Notes: a model not told the origin generated them from the sequence alone. A stretch of DNA of 64,000 nucleotides from Desulfobacterales bacterium (GCA_963668645.2 CAXXWC010000010.1:352001-416000); one strand, 5' to 3'; numbered from the stretch's first letter, positions 1-10,879 are shown. Numbers and translations are program-made.

Positions 1-207
1 TGATGTTGTTTTTGCTCATGCTATGGAGGTTGAAGATGTCATTCGAAAACGTAAACGATTTAGTTATACCCCAAGGTGGAAGGGCTCAATATTACATAAC
101 CGATGGCCGATTGGAAATAATCGGTGCAAGCGAAGAATGGCATTGATGACAACGACAAATATCCACTTCTTTTTTTTCTTGCCGAGTGTGGCGTTTGGAT
201 CTGTGAT

Positions 208-945
208 ATGAAGCAAAACATATATGATAATCCAGATTTTTTCAAAGGCTATATGGATCTTAGATCCAGTGAAAGCGGTTTTAATGTCGCTATTGAGGAA
301 CCTGCAGTCCACAGTCTGTTACCACCGCTTGAAGACTTGCACATTTTAGATCTCGGCTGCGGTTTTGGTAAGTTTACCGCCTTTTGTCTCAAACATGGGG
401 CGGCCCATGTGGTGGGTGCAGATATTTCTCAAAAAATGATATTAGAAGCTGAAAACAGGATAAAGGACCAAAGGGCGAGTTTTTTGGTCACACCGGTTGA
501 GGATTTTGAAGTGGGTAAGGGCAGGTTTGATCTCGTTGTTTCTTCAATGTGTTTTCATTATGTAAGGGATATCAGACCGGTATTTAAAAAAGTTGCCCTT
601 GCTCTTAAGGAAGGCGGGCATTTTGTTTTTTCTGTTGAACATCCAATCTGCACCTCCCTGTTGAAAGGGTGGTGCAACTCAGATGATGTTCCCAAAAGAC
701 ATTGGCCAGTCGACGACTATAAGAAAGAAACCATACGTGTGTCTAATTGGTTCGTTGATGGTGTCATTAAATATCATCGAACCATTGAGACATATGTAAA
801 CGAATTTATCGATGCAGGTTTTTTAATAAGGAGGTTGATTGAACCCGGTCCAAGCATAGCTGCCATATCTGAAAGGCCCGAGCTTTCTGAGCATCTGAGA
901 CGGCCGCCAATTTTAGTATTAGCCGGTATAAAATTGCTGGATTGA
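208..945 (+). CDS. Class I SAM-dependent methyltransferase
   Basis: Motif I ILDLGCGFG and FDLVVSSMCFHY; ATG at 208 (MKQNIYDNPDFF) preferred over the ORF-track start at 124. Confidence 0.85.
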   Translation: MKQNIYDNPDFFKGYMDLRSSESGFNVAIEEPAVHSLLPPLEDLHILDLGCGFGKFTAFCLKHGAAHVVGADISQKMILEAENRIKDQRASFLVTPVEDFEVGKGRFDLVVSSMCFHYVRDIRPVFKKVALALKEGGHFVFSVEHPICTSLLKGWCNSDDVPKRHWPVDDYKKETIRVSNWFVDGVIKYHRTIETYVNEFIDAGFLIRRLIEPGPSIAAISERPELSEHLRRPPILVLAGIKLLD

Positions 946-1328
946 ACATTTTTATGCTTCACAAGTTTTCGCCCAGGAAAAATTTCTGGGAAAATATGCG
1001 GGCAATAAAATTGCCGAAGAACTGGTGGAAAACCAAAGACATGAACCCGAATTGTACTATAAATATAAGTAACCGTTCACGGGGTTGAAATATTTCGTTT
1101 CCTCTAAATCGATGTCCGGTAAGGGGGTGCGCAAAAATAAAATCACATTTCAGTCGGACAGATGGAGTAGTTCCATTCAGGGCGTAGCGTATGGAGCTTG
1201 ATATTAATCTTTTCTATTTGCCCATCGGAAATACGTATTCCTTTTTGGAATTAACTGTCAAACTTCAGTTTTGGGCAATAATGATATTGCCCTGGGCAGC
1301 CGGCACTCATAATATTCACCGGGTCCGT

Positions 1329-2912
1329 CTACCAAAGTTGACTGTCAAAACCCATCAGCGGCATGATGTACTGGGTCCAGGGAATCAGCAACAGCCAGAC
1401 AACGGTGATCATAACTATACCGTATTTGAAGGAGTCCCAACTGGAATAGTGATTACTTAGATAGCAGATGGTCGCAGGTTTGCTGTTGAAGTATAAAATA
1501 TAAACCTGATTTATGAGAAAGGCCATGGGCAGGCCAAATCCAAGAACATTCCAACCAAACTTCTGGGCGACACCAATTATGATTGGAAAAAATATCATTG
1601 TTCGCGCTGTTTTGCTTTGGTTGAATATTGAACTATAGGCAAACAGAGCGCTGAGCAGCATAAAAACAATTAATTTGGGCGCATCGTTACCAATACCAAA
1701 CATTTCAAAAATATTGTTAATGCCGATTCCAACGATATTGGTGGATTTAATCCCGCCGCCCAGGACATATGCGCCGAAACTGAACAAAAGAAGATGCCAG
1801 GGAATATCTGTATCGTTCCAAGTGATGGAACCGATTTTTGGCAATCCTGAAAAAGCCGGCATCAATGCGACGATTGCACCGATCAATGCTGCCGCTGTGG
1901 CACTTATTCCGTGAAGCTTGTCCGTAGCCCAGAGCCCAAGAACACAGCAGAAAATTATAGCGGATTTTAGCTCATTAAGCGAGAAAGGTCCCATACTGTC
2001 CAGTTCCTCTTTCAAGCGATTCATTCCGCCTTTGATGGAAGGCTTTTTCACGGTTTCTGAAAGGGGGAAAATCAAGCGGGTTCCCAACCACCATCCAAAG
2101 CCGCAGACAATAAATGCCAGAGGCGCCAAAGCCATGAACCAGTCCATGTAATAGAGATCTTCGCCCGCACCAATGAGCATGCTTGCCGCGACAAGATTTG
2201 CCGCAGACCCCGTCATATACGCACTGCATGAGACGTTGATGCCCAGCAGGTTCTGGAGTACAAGATTTCGCCCGAAATTGTTGCGGCTGTCACCACCGCT
2301 TGCACCGTAAATAGCGCTGATCACCATGAAAATGGGCATCAAAAGTGCTGCTTTAGCGGCTGTTGCGTTGATAAACGCACCCAGGAAAATATTCAGGATT
2401 AAAAAACTCCAGAAAACAGGCGTTGCATTGTGACCTGCCTTGAGAATGAATTTTAGAGCGATGCGTTTTGCCAGACCGCAGGAGACAAGCATACTGGCTA
2501 AGATAAAGCTTGCAATGTTAAGGATCATTACCTTATGGCCGAAATAGGCGTAAGCTGTATTCTCTTTAATAATACCTGTGGTGACGACCAAGACGATCAG
2601 GATAAGCGAAGTCAGGTAGTTAGGTATTGCCTCGGTGATCCAAAGAATCAGAGAGGCTCCAAAGATACCGAGCATGGTATAGCAGCTTTGGGCAGGCACC
2701 TTGGTCTGCACCTCAAAAGACTCGATTGATCCGCAAAATTTGAAATAAAAAAAACAGAAGAATAGAACTGCCAGCGGCAGGCCGATATTTTTTAACAATA
2801 CCATAATTGGGCCGGCCGGTAGAACGGGCAGCCTTTCGAGGGTATAGTTGCTCATGTCCAATGGATCAAACTGTTTGGTCGCCGATGTATCAGTTCTCAT
2901 CTTCAGGTCCAT
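1329..2912 (-). CDS. DASS/SLC13 family anion transporter
   Basis: 527 aa, many hydrophobic helices, ILWITEAIP, GLAKRIAL, MTGSAANL and IPWHLLLF segments typical of DASS; AGGAGAG RBS upstream. Confidence 0.8.
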   Translation of the reverse strand: MDLKMRTDTSATKQFDPLDMSNYTLERLPVLPAGPIMVLLKNIGLPLAVLFFCFFYFKFCGSIESFEVQTKVPAQSCYTMLGIFGASLILWITEAIPNYLTSLILIVLVVTTGIIKENTAYAYFGHKVMILNIASFILASMLVSCGLAKRIALKFILKAGHNATPVFWSFLILNIFLGAFINATAAKAALLMPIFMVISAIYGASGGDSRNNFGRNLVLQNLLGINVSCSAYMTGSAANLVAASMLIGAGEDLYYMDWFMALAPLAFIVCGFGWWLGTRLIFPLSETVKKPSIKGGMNRLKEELDSMGPFSLNELKSAIIFCCVLGLWATDKLHGISATAAALIGAIVALMPAFSGLPKIGSITWNDTDIPWHLLLFSFGAYVLGGGIKSTNIVGIGINNIFEMFGIGNDAPKLIVFMLLSALFAYSSIFNQSKTARTMIFFPIIIGVAQKFGWNVLGFGLPMAFLINQVYILYFNSKPATICYLSNHYSSWDSFKYGIVMITVVWLLLIPWTQYIMPLMGFDSQLW

Positions 2913-3097
2913 TTTTCTCTCCTTCGCTCCGCCCTACATTCGGCATGAATTCATGGGCATAGTGTTTATCACAATCTTATTTATGGTATTTATATGCTTG
3001 GTCCACTATGCTTTGTCCACGCCAAGGCTATTTTTTCATTCGTCCCCTATATCTCGTATATGAACTTCAAATACAAATAATAACCCATTGTAAAATA

Positions 3098-3114
3098 CAT
3101 AAGTATATCTTATG
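3098..3114. promoter_or_regulatory. Putative LysR box CATAAGTATATCTTATG upstream of DASS gene
   Basis: Dyad with T-N11-A core; same CATAA-N6-CTTATG pattern at 5078-5094. Confidence 0.55.
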
Positions 3115-3813
3115 AATCTCCTCCCCCATTGGGTGAGAAGATATGGTCTATGCGGTTAATGCCGTCTCCAGATTTTTTCCTCTCCGGTCCGGTGTCAGCG
3201 GATCATATTCATGTGGTACACTTTATCGGCTGCCACCTTTTGGGGGTAAGGGTTCGCGTAAAAATTAGTTCACAGAAATTCAGCGTTCAGGCGCCCGCTC
3301 AGCAAGACGTCAAAATTATGGCATATCCAGCATATTCCGTATTTTCGCAACGCCGCTGAGCGGGATGGATGGACGCTGAGAATGGGAAGTTATTTTTGCG
3401 CGAGCCCAATCGTTTAAAGCCGGTTGGTCATTCCAACCCCCTGAACACTGACTTTTGGTGGGAATCTTTATCGCAGATAAACATGGTGTTCTTGGCAGCA
3501 TCCATGTTGTTGAGGGAATCGCTGATACTCAGGTGGGTGATATCCATAAGCCCGCCCCAGGCCTGCCCTATGGCTCCGGGTTTCATCAAAATTTCCTTTC
3601 GATAATACATAACGGTTTCACTTCTGAAGGCATTTCTGATGGCCTCTTTCATGCGATCCTTAAAACCATATCCGATGACAAGCGGTAAAACGATAAATCA
3701 GTTGAAACAGGCCCCCCTACCTTCCTCGCTTAATTTCAAATTGAGACCTGCCCCAGATGGTTACAAATTTCTGGATCATTTTTAAAGAGAACGCAAAGGA
3801 GGGCAGACAGTGT

Positions 3814-3848
3814 AAAAAGGCCCCCGGACAACATGTGTCCGGGGGCCT
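3814..3848 (-). terminator. Rho-independent terminator after exopolyphosphatase
   Basis: 13-bp stem AGGCCCCCGGACA/TGTCCGGGGGCCT, 5-nt loop, T-run on minus strand. Confidence 0.8.
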
Positions 3849-3856
3849 GGAGGAAG

Positions 3857-4945
3857 CTAGTTGGCAAAATGTTCGTCCATCATGGAGGACAGTTTTTTTC
3901 TTGATATGCTGAGACTTGCCTGGGAGTAAAAGATAAGTTTTCCTTCCAGACAGGGTTTTTGCCCTTCAAATGAAAATTGTTTCAGGCCCAGGCCCTTTCC
4001 CTGAAGAAATGAAATCAGCCTGTCGTGGACCGTTGCGTCCCTGCAGTAAACGGCAAGGTCCCGGTTAAAATCCGGATTTGTGTATGCGTTCATGGACAGT
4101 AGCACATCCAGATTCCGGCGGCTGGCATAGGTCTCAAATCCCAGGCAGAGTTCATTGTCTTTATTGATCCACTGCGCCATAGACAGCAGGGCGGAAGCAA
4201 TGCCGCAACGGATACCATTAAATTTGAATTCCTTGTAGTCCTTGCGGAGAAGATCAATAGTCGACAGGCTGGCGGTATCAAATTTGGCTTTCTGGACTTC
4301 CCTGAAATACTGATTTTGGTCAAGGGGACAATGCTCCATGAGTTTGACGGCAATTTCGCTGTCCTTGTCCGTGACCCGCCCCGCTTCAGTGTCCAGATTC
4401 ACAGTGTCCAGAAGAATGGTACCCGCAAGAAGCGTGGCCAGCTGGGTATCCATGAGTCCTGAATGATCCCGGATCAGGATTTCGCCCACCAGGGTGGCGG
4501 TGGATCCCACCGGTTCAATAGCCCTGAATTCAACCCCGTTGTATAGCCCTTCGTCCTTGTGGTGGTCCAAAATCATCCTGACCTTGTCGCCGCAGTTCTC
4601 AAAGGTGCCGGACAATTTATTATGATCCACAATGGCCAGGTTGTTTACCTGCTCCATGAAGGACTGGGGCATTTCATCCAAAAAAATCAGATTGGCCAGG
4701 TCAATCTGTGCCGTTTTAAACACATATACGGCTTCAGTTCTCAGCTTGAAATCTTCTTTTACGATGGGCATGAGGGGGACAATATTCTTATTGGGTTCCG
4801 CTTGCGACCGGATATAGGCAAAAGCAATCGCAGAAGCCATTGAGTCAAGATCGGCAGCCTCGTTCCCCATGACCATGAGGTCAATGGGCTTGTTGACGAT
4901 ATCTATTTTGGCGCTGAGAAGATATTGGTTGATTGATTGGGGCAT
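3857..4945 (-). CDS. DHH/DHHA2 phosphoesterase, PPX1/PRUNE-type exopolyphosphatase-like
   Basis: GNEAADLDS, IVDHN, ILDHHKDEG, VGSTATLV, ILLDTVNL, LLRKDYKEF, SRKKL motifs. Confidence 0.8.
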   Translation of the reverse strand: MPQSINQYLLSAKIDIVNKPIDLMVMGNEAADLDSMASAIAFAYIRSQAEPNKNIVPLMPIVKEDFKLRTEAVYVFKTAQIDLANLIFLDEMPQSFMEQVNNLAIVDHNKLSGTFENCGDKVRMILDHHKDEGLYNGVEFRAIEPVGSTATLVGEILIRDHSGLMDTQLATLLAGTILLDTVNLDTEAGRVTDKDSEIAVKLMEHCPLDQNQYFREVQKAKFDTASLSTIDLLRKDYKEFKFNGIRCGIASALLSMAQWINKDNELCLGFETYASRRNLDVLLSMNAYTNPDFNRDLAVYCRDATVHDRLISFLQGKGLGLKQFSFEGQKPCLEGKLIFYSQASLSISRKKLSSMMDEHFAN

Positions 4946-5077
4946 GTTATCTCCTGTTTATATCTCAAATATTTTGATAATAATAAATGTGTCACTGTGG
5001 GATTTTAAAAACAAACAATAAAGCCGAAATATAAAAGATGAGGCCCGGCGGGTCAAATTCGAATCCGCTATGGGTGA

Positions 5078-5094
5078 CATAATCAATTCTTATG
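5078..5094. promoter_or_regulatory. Putative LysR box CATAATCAATTCTTATG upstream of exopolyphosphatase
   Basis: Matches box at 3098-3114. Confidence 0.55.
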
Positions 5095-5537
5095 GCTCTG
5101 GCTCTATATCGGCCGCCATATTGCCTGGTACAAGGATTTATTTGGAACAAGTTTATTATCTAGTTTCCGTCCATAAATCGCCAAAATTGACCGTCCGGTG
5201 GCCCGGCAAAGGGACGGCAAGCGAATGATCTCGAAAGAATTTAGCAAAAAGTAAGCTTGTCTCTTGGGCTTGGATGTGACTGGCGATCTCGGACATCAGG
5301 GGCATTTGGCGTTGCCATTTTTCGCGCATTTTGGGTTGGTCTTTTTTTCGATTTTGTTAGTATTTGCGGTTGGTTGGTTCCATCGTTTATATTAAACTCA
5401 GCCTCGAAACTCCAGCTCAAAATGCGCTTTTTTTCGCTTGCCGGATAGTTACGGCCGCGGATGGAAACTATCTATAGAGCCAATCTTGCGGCGTGACCAC
5501 CTTGTTTGCCTCCGCAGTTTTTTAGGAAGGGCCCCCC

Positions 5538-6482
5538 TTACCGGGCACAAATGCTCAGTTTTGAAGTCAGGATATCCCCACAGCCTAAAGCTTCAGACAG
5601 CATAGCTAAAAAGGCTTTGGCTGCCACGGAAAGTTTTCTGGCCTTATGGAGGAGAAGATAAAAAGTCACCTCCCCCTTGAACCCTTCTAAATTGACACGG
5701 GCCAGCCGGCCTGACGAAAGTTCCCGTTTAACGGCTGATTCTGGAATGACAGTGATGCCGAACCCCTCTTCAACAATCCGTTTTGCCGATTCAACATTTT
5801 CAAGCTCTATGAATTTTAAATTGGATTTATCGCTTTTATGCTCAGAGAACCAGGTGGAAACAAACTGCCGGGTTTGTGTGCCGTGCTCCCGGGTGATAAA
5901 GGGGATTCGTTTGAGATCGGATATGGCGATCAGGCTTTTTTTTGCCAGGGGGCTATCTCCAGCTACCACTGCAATCATCTCCTCATGGTGTACGACAAAG
6001 GCTTCAACTTCAGGATACCGGACTGGAGCCCCAGCCGCAAATCCGATATCCGCCCGGCCTTCAAGGATCATAAGGATCGTCTGATGGGAGTTGCCTCCCC
6101 GCAGGTTCAGTTCAATGTCCGGATAGTTGTTATGGTACTTTCCTATGATTTTGGGAAGCAGATAGGCGCTGCTCACCGCGGATGAGGCAATGTCAAGCCG
6201 GCCACGGCTCATGTTGTTCATGCCCATGAAAATGGTTTCTACTTCTTGAAATTTTGCAAGCAGTTCCTCTGTTTGCTCAAAGAGGATTTCGCCCCTGCGG
6301 GTCAGCATAATTTTTTTACCGGTTCTGTCAAAGAGGACGGTATCATAAAAATGCTCCAGGGCACGGATGTGCTGGCTCACAGCCGGTTGAGTCAAGAACA
6401 GGGCCCTTGCGGCTTTTGTAAAATTACCGACCTTTGCCACCATAAAAAAAGATTTCAGATGATCAATATTAACGAAACTCAT
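5538..6482 (-). CDS. LysR family transcriptional regulator
   Basis: N-terminal HTH FTKAARALFLTQPAVSQHIRALE...LFDR; 314 aa with substrate-binding domain. Confidence 0.93.
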   Translation of the reverse strand: MSFVNIDHLKSFFMVAKVGNFTKAARALFLTQPAVSQHIRALEHFYDTVLFDRTGKKIMLTRRGEILFEQTEELLAKFQEVETIFMGMNNMSRGRLDIASSAVSSAYLLPKIIGKYHNNYPDIELNLRGGNSHQTILMILEGRADIGFAAGAPVRYPEVEAFVVHHEEMIAVVAGDSPLAKKSLIAISDLKRIPFITREHGTQTRQFVSTWFSEHKSDKSNLKFIELENVESAKRIVEEGFGITVIPESAVKRELSSGRLARVNLEGFKGEVTFYLLLHKARKLSVAAKAFLAMLSEALGCGDILTSKLSICAR

Positions 6483-7381
6483 AATGAATCTCTGCAGTCT
6501 AAAGTTTTTCCGCCATCAGGCGACCAGTGGCATCAGGCTCTGCTGACAGCCACGGCTCTTTGACATAATTGTCCGGCAAATCGCGTCAGTACTAAAAGCG
6601 TGAAAATTATGGCAGTACTCTTGCTGAACCACTGACCGGACGATCTCTTCGGATGGAATACTGGAACTGACGGTCCGAAGCCACCCCATGTACCGGCGCC
6701 AGATGGTTTCGTGAAAATTGAGCGCCAGTATTTGTAAAATCCCGCATGCGATACAGCCGAAGTTGACAAAAGCCTCGATGGCATCGGTCGCCTCAGCGAT
6801 CAATCGTTGCCCCCGGCGGTCATCGTCGGCGACCAATATGAAACCGACCTTCTGGCCGACCGGCTTCCAGATCAGGTCCAGGCACAGATAAGCGATGCTT
6901 TTTACCTGCCCGTACAGTTCGATGCGGGTCTGTTGGAAGTCCTGGCGGTGAGTGTCGAACAGTTTGATCAGCGAAAGCTTTTGGCCGTATACCCGTGGCC
7001 GGCCGGGACGACCAGTTTTCGGCGGTGCATCGATGTAGGCTACCACATTGCTTTTGGCCCGCGTCACCACATGGACAAGATCGTGGCCGGCGTCGTCGCG
7101 CACCTTTTTGAGGATGGCAAACACCGGTCCGACGGCAAAATAGGCGTCGAGGACCAAAAGACACCATTTGCCCAGCGCCGGCAGCACAGTAGCTGCCATG
7201 GCTGCCATCAGGCTGGTCACGCTGACCTTGGGCTGGACTTGGACCAGTGGTTCGGGCTTTCTTTGGAATGTGCGGATCGTTTCGACTCCTTCATGGAGCT
7301 CGGCACAAAGCGGAATGCAGAAGATTTTTTTTAACCCAGCCGCCCAGAACACCGATCACTCCCCAGTGGTGCCCGTAAATG

Positions 7382-8975
7382 GTACGTATTCACCCCCTCC
7401 CCCCTGGCAGTTGGGGAGAGGGGGGATTTCAGATCCAGGCCAAGTCGGGTTCGTTGCCGGTGACGTAATTGCGGATCAGTTCCACCAATAGTGAGAAGGT
7501 GGCCTTGCCGCGTAATCGGCAAATTTCTTTGAAAGTCAGGATGCGCTCCACCCAGCGGTTGCCTTTTTCGCTGAGGGTGCCCAACGACCGTTTCCGCCAT
7601 AGCACGGCAAAGCGCAGCGACCTTTCGGCGCGGTTGTTAGTCGGCTCGACGCCCTCATGCTCCAGAAAAGTCCAAAGCGAATCGAACTGGCGCACTATCC
7701 GCCGGGCGAGTTTGCCGGCATCGTTTGGGTCGTTTTCGTACAGCGTGAGACTGAAAAGCAGATGCCGGTAGAACGTGTCCCACTGGCACAGGTCTGGCGG
7801 CGCCTTGGCAAAGTGGGTCAGTTCCCGTAAGCGGGCAGCGATGATTTGGCCAAAACGTCTGATGTCCGGTTTGTCGCGTTGGGCCAGCGCATCGGCATCC
7901 CGGATCAGGTGAGCCAGGCAGGTTTGCCGGTCGTTGATCCAGTTTTTGTAAACCCCGTAGCCGTCGCTGATCAGAATCCCGTCCCAGGATTCGACCAGTT
8001 TCAGGAACGCTTCCTTGGAACGGTGATCGTCAATGCGGTACAAGGCAGCATCGGCGTTGACCATGGCCCAAAGCCATTGCAGGGCGTGTTGTTTGAAAAA
8101 GGAGGTTTCGTCGATGCAGTTGGCCGCGGCGCTTCGGACCCTATCGGCGTTTTTCTGATACGGGACCGCCAGCGCTGCCGAAGCCCGATCGACGATCTTC
8201 TGGATGGTGCCGGTGGCGATCGGCAGCCCGAGCACCGAGGCGCAAAAGCATTGCACATCAACGCGGCTCATGGCCCGGATACCGCTCAGTTCGGCGATAA
8301 GGGCACTCAGACGCGGGCCGCAGCCGGTCTGCGCCTCGGGCGGCAACTGCGCCCTGACGGTTTTTCCGCAGTTCGGACATCTGCACTTGTTGAGCACGTA
8401 GTGGGTGATGTCCAGTTGGATCGGCGGCAGCTCGATGTGCTGATGCGTGTGAAACGGCTGTAAAGGCTGGCCGGTGAAGTCCTGACAGCCGCAAGTGCAG
8501 CGTTCGGGCAACAGATTCTCTACCCGGGTCGGTTCCAGCATTTGCTGCTGATGGGCGTTGTGACCTTTCTGGCCTCCCTTGGCGCGCTTGCTTTTGGGCC
8601 GCTTGCGTTCGGGGCGCTTGAAAGGGGCGTCGGACGACGGTGGTTTGCTGGAATTGGTCGAATTTTTACGCGTCTGAACTTCCAGCTTTTCGATGCGCAC
8701 TTCATGGCTCTGGAGCTGCTGTTGGGTATCGAACAGGGCGCGTTCCAGCGCCAAGATATACTGGCGCACGGACTCAGGAGTCAGATGCCAATCCAGGTCG
8801 GAGAATGTTCTTGTCGGTGCCATGAAAGGCACCATAGCATATAATAAAGAAAAAGTCTAGCGAAATTATAACGTTATATCAGATAGTTATAAATTTGTTG
8901 TTTTTTTGAAAAAACTTACCGGGTCATGTGCTGGGGTTGCAGCCGATTGCCTGGGGGTACCCCGTGAATACGTAC
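7382..8975 (-). mobile_element. IS66-family element (single-ORF, ISBst12-like), 1594 bp
   Basis: Perfect 12-bp terminal inverted repeat GTACGTATTCAC; 8-bp target duplication CGTAAATG at 7374-7381 and 8976-8983. Confidence 0.92.
7429..8835 (-). CDS. IS66 family transposase
   Basis: NSSKPPSSD, zinc ribbon CxC..CPNC, IDET, ISDGYGVY, QTCLAHL, PTNNRAERSLR. Confidence 0.93.
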   Translation of the reverse strand: MVPFMAPTRTFSDLDWHLTPESVRQYILALERALFDTQQQLQSHEVRIEKLEVQTRKNSTNSSKPPSSDAPFKRPERKRPKSKRAKGGQKGHNAHQQQMLEPTRVENLLPERCTCGCQDFTGQPLQPFHTHQHIELPPIQLDITHYVLNKCRCPNCGKTVRAQLPPEAQTGCGPRLSALIAELSGIRAMSRVDVQCFCASVLGLPIATGTIQKIVDRASAALAVPYQKNADRVRSAAANCIDETSFFKQHALQWLWAMVNADAALYRIDDHRSKEAFLKLVESWDGILISDGYGVYKNWINDRQTCLAHLIRDADALAQRDKPDIRRFGQIIAARLRELTHFAKAPPDLCQWDTFYRHLLFSLTLYENDPNDAGKLARRIVRQFDSLWTFLEHEGVEPTNNRAERSLRFAVLWRKRSLGTLSEKGNRWVERILTFKEICRLRGKATFSLLVELIRNYVTGNEPDLAWI

Positions 8976-9339
8976 CGTAAATGTACGGGGCTTTGCCCGA
9001 GTTGTCCGATTCTTGATGAAGCCGTTTGACGCCAGGCATCTTTTCGGCTTCCTTCGAGATTTTGATACCGTCGCCGACCAGTACCAACCGGCCGTCGATG
9101 GTCACCGGGAGGCAGCATTCGAGCACGATCTGCCACCAGTGACGCATGATGGCGGCAAGGTTCCAGGACTTGGCTCGGAAAACAAAAGCATCGTCGTGTA
9201 CAGCTTGGGCCGCAACCCGAGCCAGCGCACAAAGGAACTGGCACCGCACTGATCAATACGTACGGTAAAGCCCATCACCACGGTCACGAACCAGTAATAG
9301 GCCGCCTGGCGTGAAAAACAGCGTCTTGCGCGACAGTAC

Positions 9340-9783
9340 AAACGATGAGCATAGCAGTGCCGATTGGACAACTATGGAAGCCAGCAGCATACTGCAGCGA
9401 TCGAAAAAGCCCAGATACGACAGCCCCACGTGGCAACCGGTTTTGCCCTGGCGCTTTTTAGGTTTGCGGCCCTTGCGAGCGTGCGCTGGGGCAAAATACG
9501 GGGATCGGATCGATAGGTTGCGGCCTGTCAGCAGTCGGATGCTGGTGGTTTTATACCCCTTGAAGCGTAGTGCGGATTTGCCTGCTACCGCTTTAAGATG
9601 GGCGATAAAATCACGTTGGTTCAACCGCTGTTGGATGTGGGTGACAACCAGTTTTTCGATAAATACCAGCAGCAACGTACGCAACTGCACCAGCAGTCGG
9701 TTGATGTCGGCGTGTTGGTGAAACCGGGCAATAGCCCCCTCGATGTCCCGTTGCAGGCGTTGACAATCTACCGTAATCTCCAT
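9340..9783 (-). pseudogene. 5' fragment of a probable ISKra4-like transposase
   Basis: Follows the DUF4338 gene; RLLTGRNLSIRSPYF-type N-terminus; sequence switches to a different transposase near 9340. Family call is tentative. Confidence 0.45.
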
Positions 9784-9837
9784 GCGGCCTCGCAGATAGC
9801 AGGTATGCGTTTTCCTGCCGCTGCGATGGCTGCCGGC

Positions 9838-10719
9838 TCAATGCCCGGCGCATAATCGCTGCTTGAAGTCGGCTGCCAGCGGATATACGTACAGGTCTTT
9901 GACAGGCACGTTGAGCCGTTTGTAGCGGTCCTGGCGGCTGCGGCCTTTGGTCTGGCCGATTCGAACCCAGTTGGCAGCCTGATAGCAGGTGCCGGCAAAA
10001 CGGGATCGATCCACGAACGTTTCCACCAAACAAAGACCGTGGCCGTAGCGCTGCTTCCAATCGCCCTGCAGCCGGCGCATGCAGGCGCCCAGGATAAAAC
10101 TGGCCAGGTTGGCCACCCTGACCCAGGGCAAAATCAAAAACCGGGTGTTGTTGGTCAGCAGCTTGAGGTTTTGCTTTCGGGTGGTCCGATCCCAACCGAT
10201 GAACCGGTCCCGGGCGTCCGTTTTCCATGCCGCCGAGCCGAACAGCAGGCAGCCCACCGGGCGATTGCGAGCGTCGTAGACCATGTACTTGAGGTGTTCA
10301 CCGACATGTCCGAGGCAGCCCAAATAATGGTACCGATCCATCAGGCAATGGAACAACTGGTCAGTGTCCCCGCGCCCTTCGACCAGCAAGAGCCGGATCG
10401 GCCGCAGATCATTGATGGGCGATTCGATGGGCTCAATACTGTGGGCGATGTCGCGGATGCGCCGGCACCTGTTGTGGCAATTTTTTGCCGGTGGCAGTGC
10501 GATCAACTGGCGTTGCTCGAGTTTTCGGAGCATCGAACGGCAGGCCATATCCTTGAGCACGCCTGTATCCGTGCGCCAGTTCCACAACCGGCAAATTTCG
10601 ACAGACAGCCGGGTGCGGTTCCAGTCTGAATGCTCGGCCATCAGACGACGGGTCAACTCAACGTCGCCTTCCGAGATCTGGCGCCCTTGGATAATCATGC
10701 TCATGAGGCCACTGTACAC
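9838..10719 (-). CDS. DUF4338 (DruA-like) protein, IS-associated
   Basis: RYHYLG, LLFGSAAWK, RDRFIGWD, NNTRFLILPWV, LVETFVD, GTCYQAANW; true start may be 10704 or 10698. Confidence 0.85.
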   Translation of the reverse strand: MYSGLMSMIIQGRQISEGDVELTRRLMAEHSDWNRTRLSVEICRLWNWRTDTGVLKDMACRSMLRKLEQRQLIALPPAKNCHNRCRRIRDIAHSIEPIESPINDLRPIRLLLVEGRGDTDQLFHCLMDRYHYLGCLGHVGEHLKYMVYDARNRPVGCLLFGSAAWKTDARDRFIGWDRTTRKQNLKLLTNNTRFLILPWVRVANLASFILGACMRRLQGDWKQRYGHGLCLVETFVDRSRFAGTCYQAANWVRIGQTKGRSRQDRYKRLNVPVKDLYVYPLAADFKQRLCAGH

Positions 10720-10838
10720 AATGGAGCCGTTAGAGTCCAGATCGAATTTTCAAAGATCAACGACAACGCCACCAGCACCGGCAAGCCGGAGCCGACAATC
10801 GGCCTCAGGGGAAAGTGCCCCTAAATGGGATTGCACCT

Positions 10839-10860
10839 TTCCTGCTTTCGCAGGAATGAC
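10839..10860. repeat. REP/dRS3-like palindrome TTCCTGC-TTTC-GCAGGAA-TGAC
   Basis: Hairpin followed by TGAC, resembling the ATTCCC-N8-GGGAATGAC repeat class; single copy here. Confidence 0.4.
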
Positions 10861-10879
10861 GTGAAAAAGCAAATCGGTG

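Larger units (their letters stand above)
6516..9323 (-). pseudogene. IS701/IS4-like DDE transposase, frameshifted, internally deleted and split by IS66
   Basis: Pieces RCFSRQAAYYWF, VLVGDGIKISKEAEKMPGVKRLHQESDNSGKAPYIYG | HHWG, LLVLDAYF, AIEAFVNFGCIACGILQ; PYIYG/HHWG rejoin exactly when IS66 plus one target copy is removed. Confidence 0.7.

Noticed and set aside
3428..3700. 74-aa minus-strand ORF between exopolyphosphatase and DASS genes
   Set aside because: May be a gene fragment, but no recognisable motif or convincing start
9838..10719. Druantia anti-phage system
   Set aside because: Only DUF4338 is present, in IS context; no DruE helicase or other Dru genes
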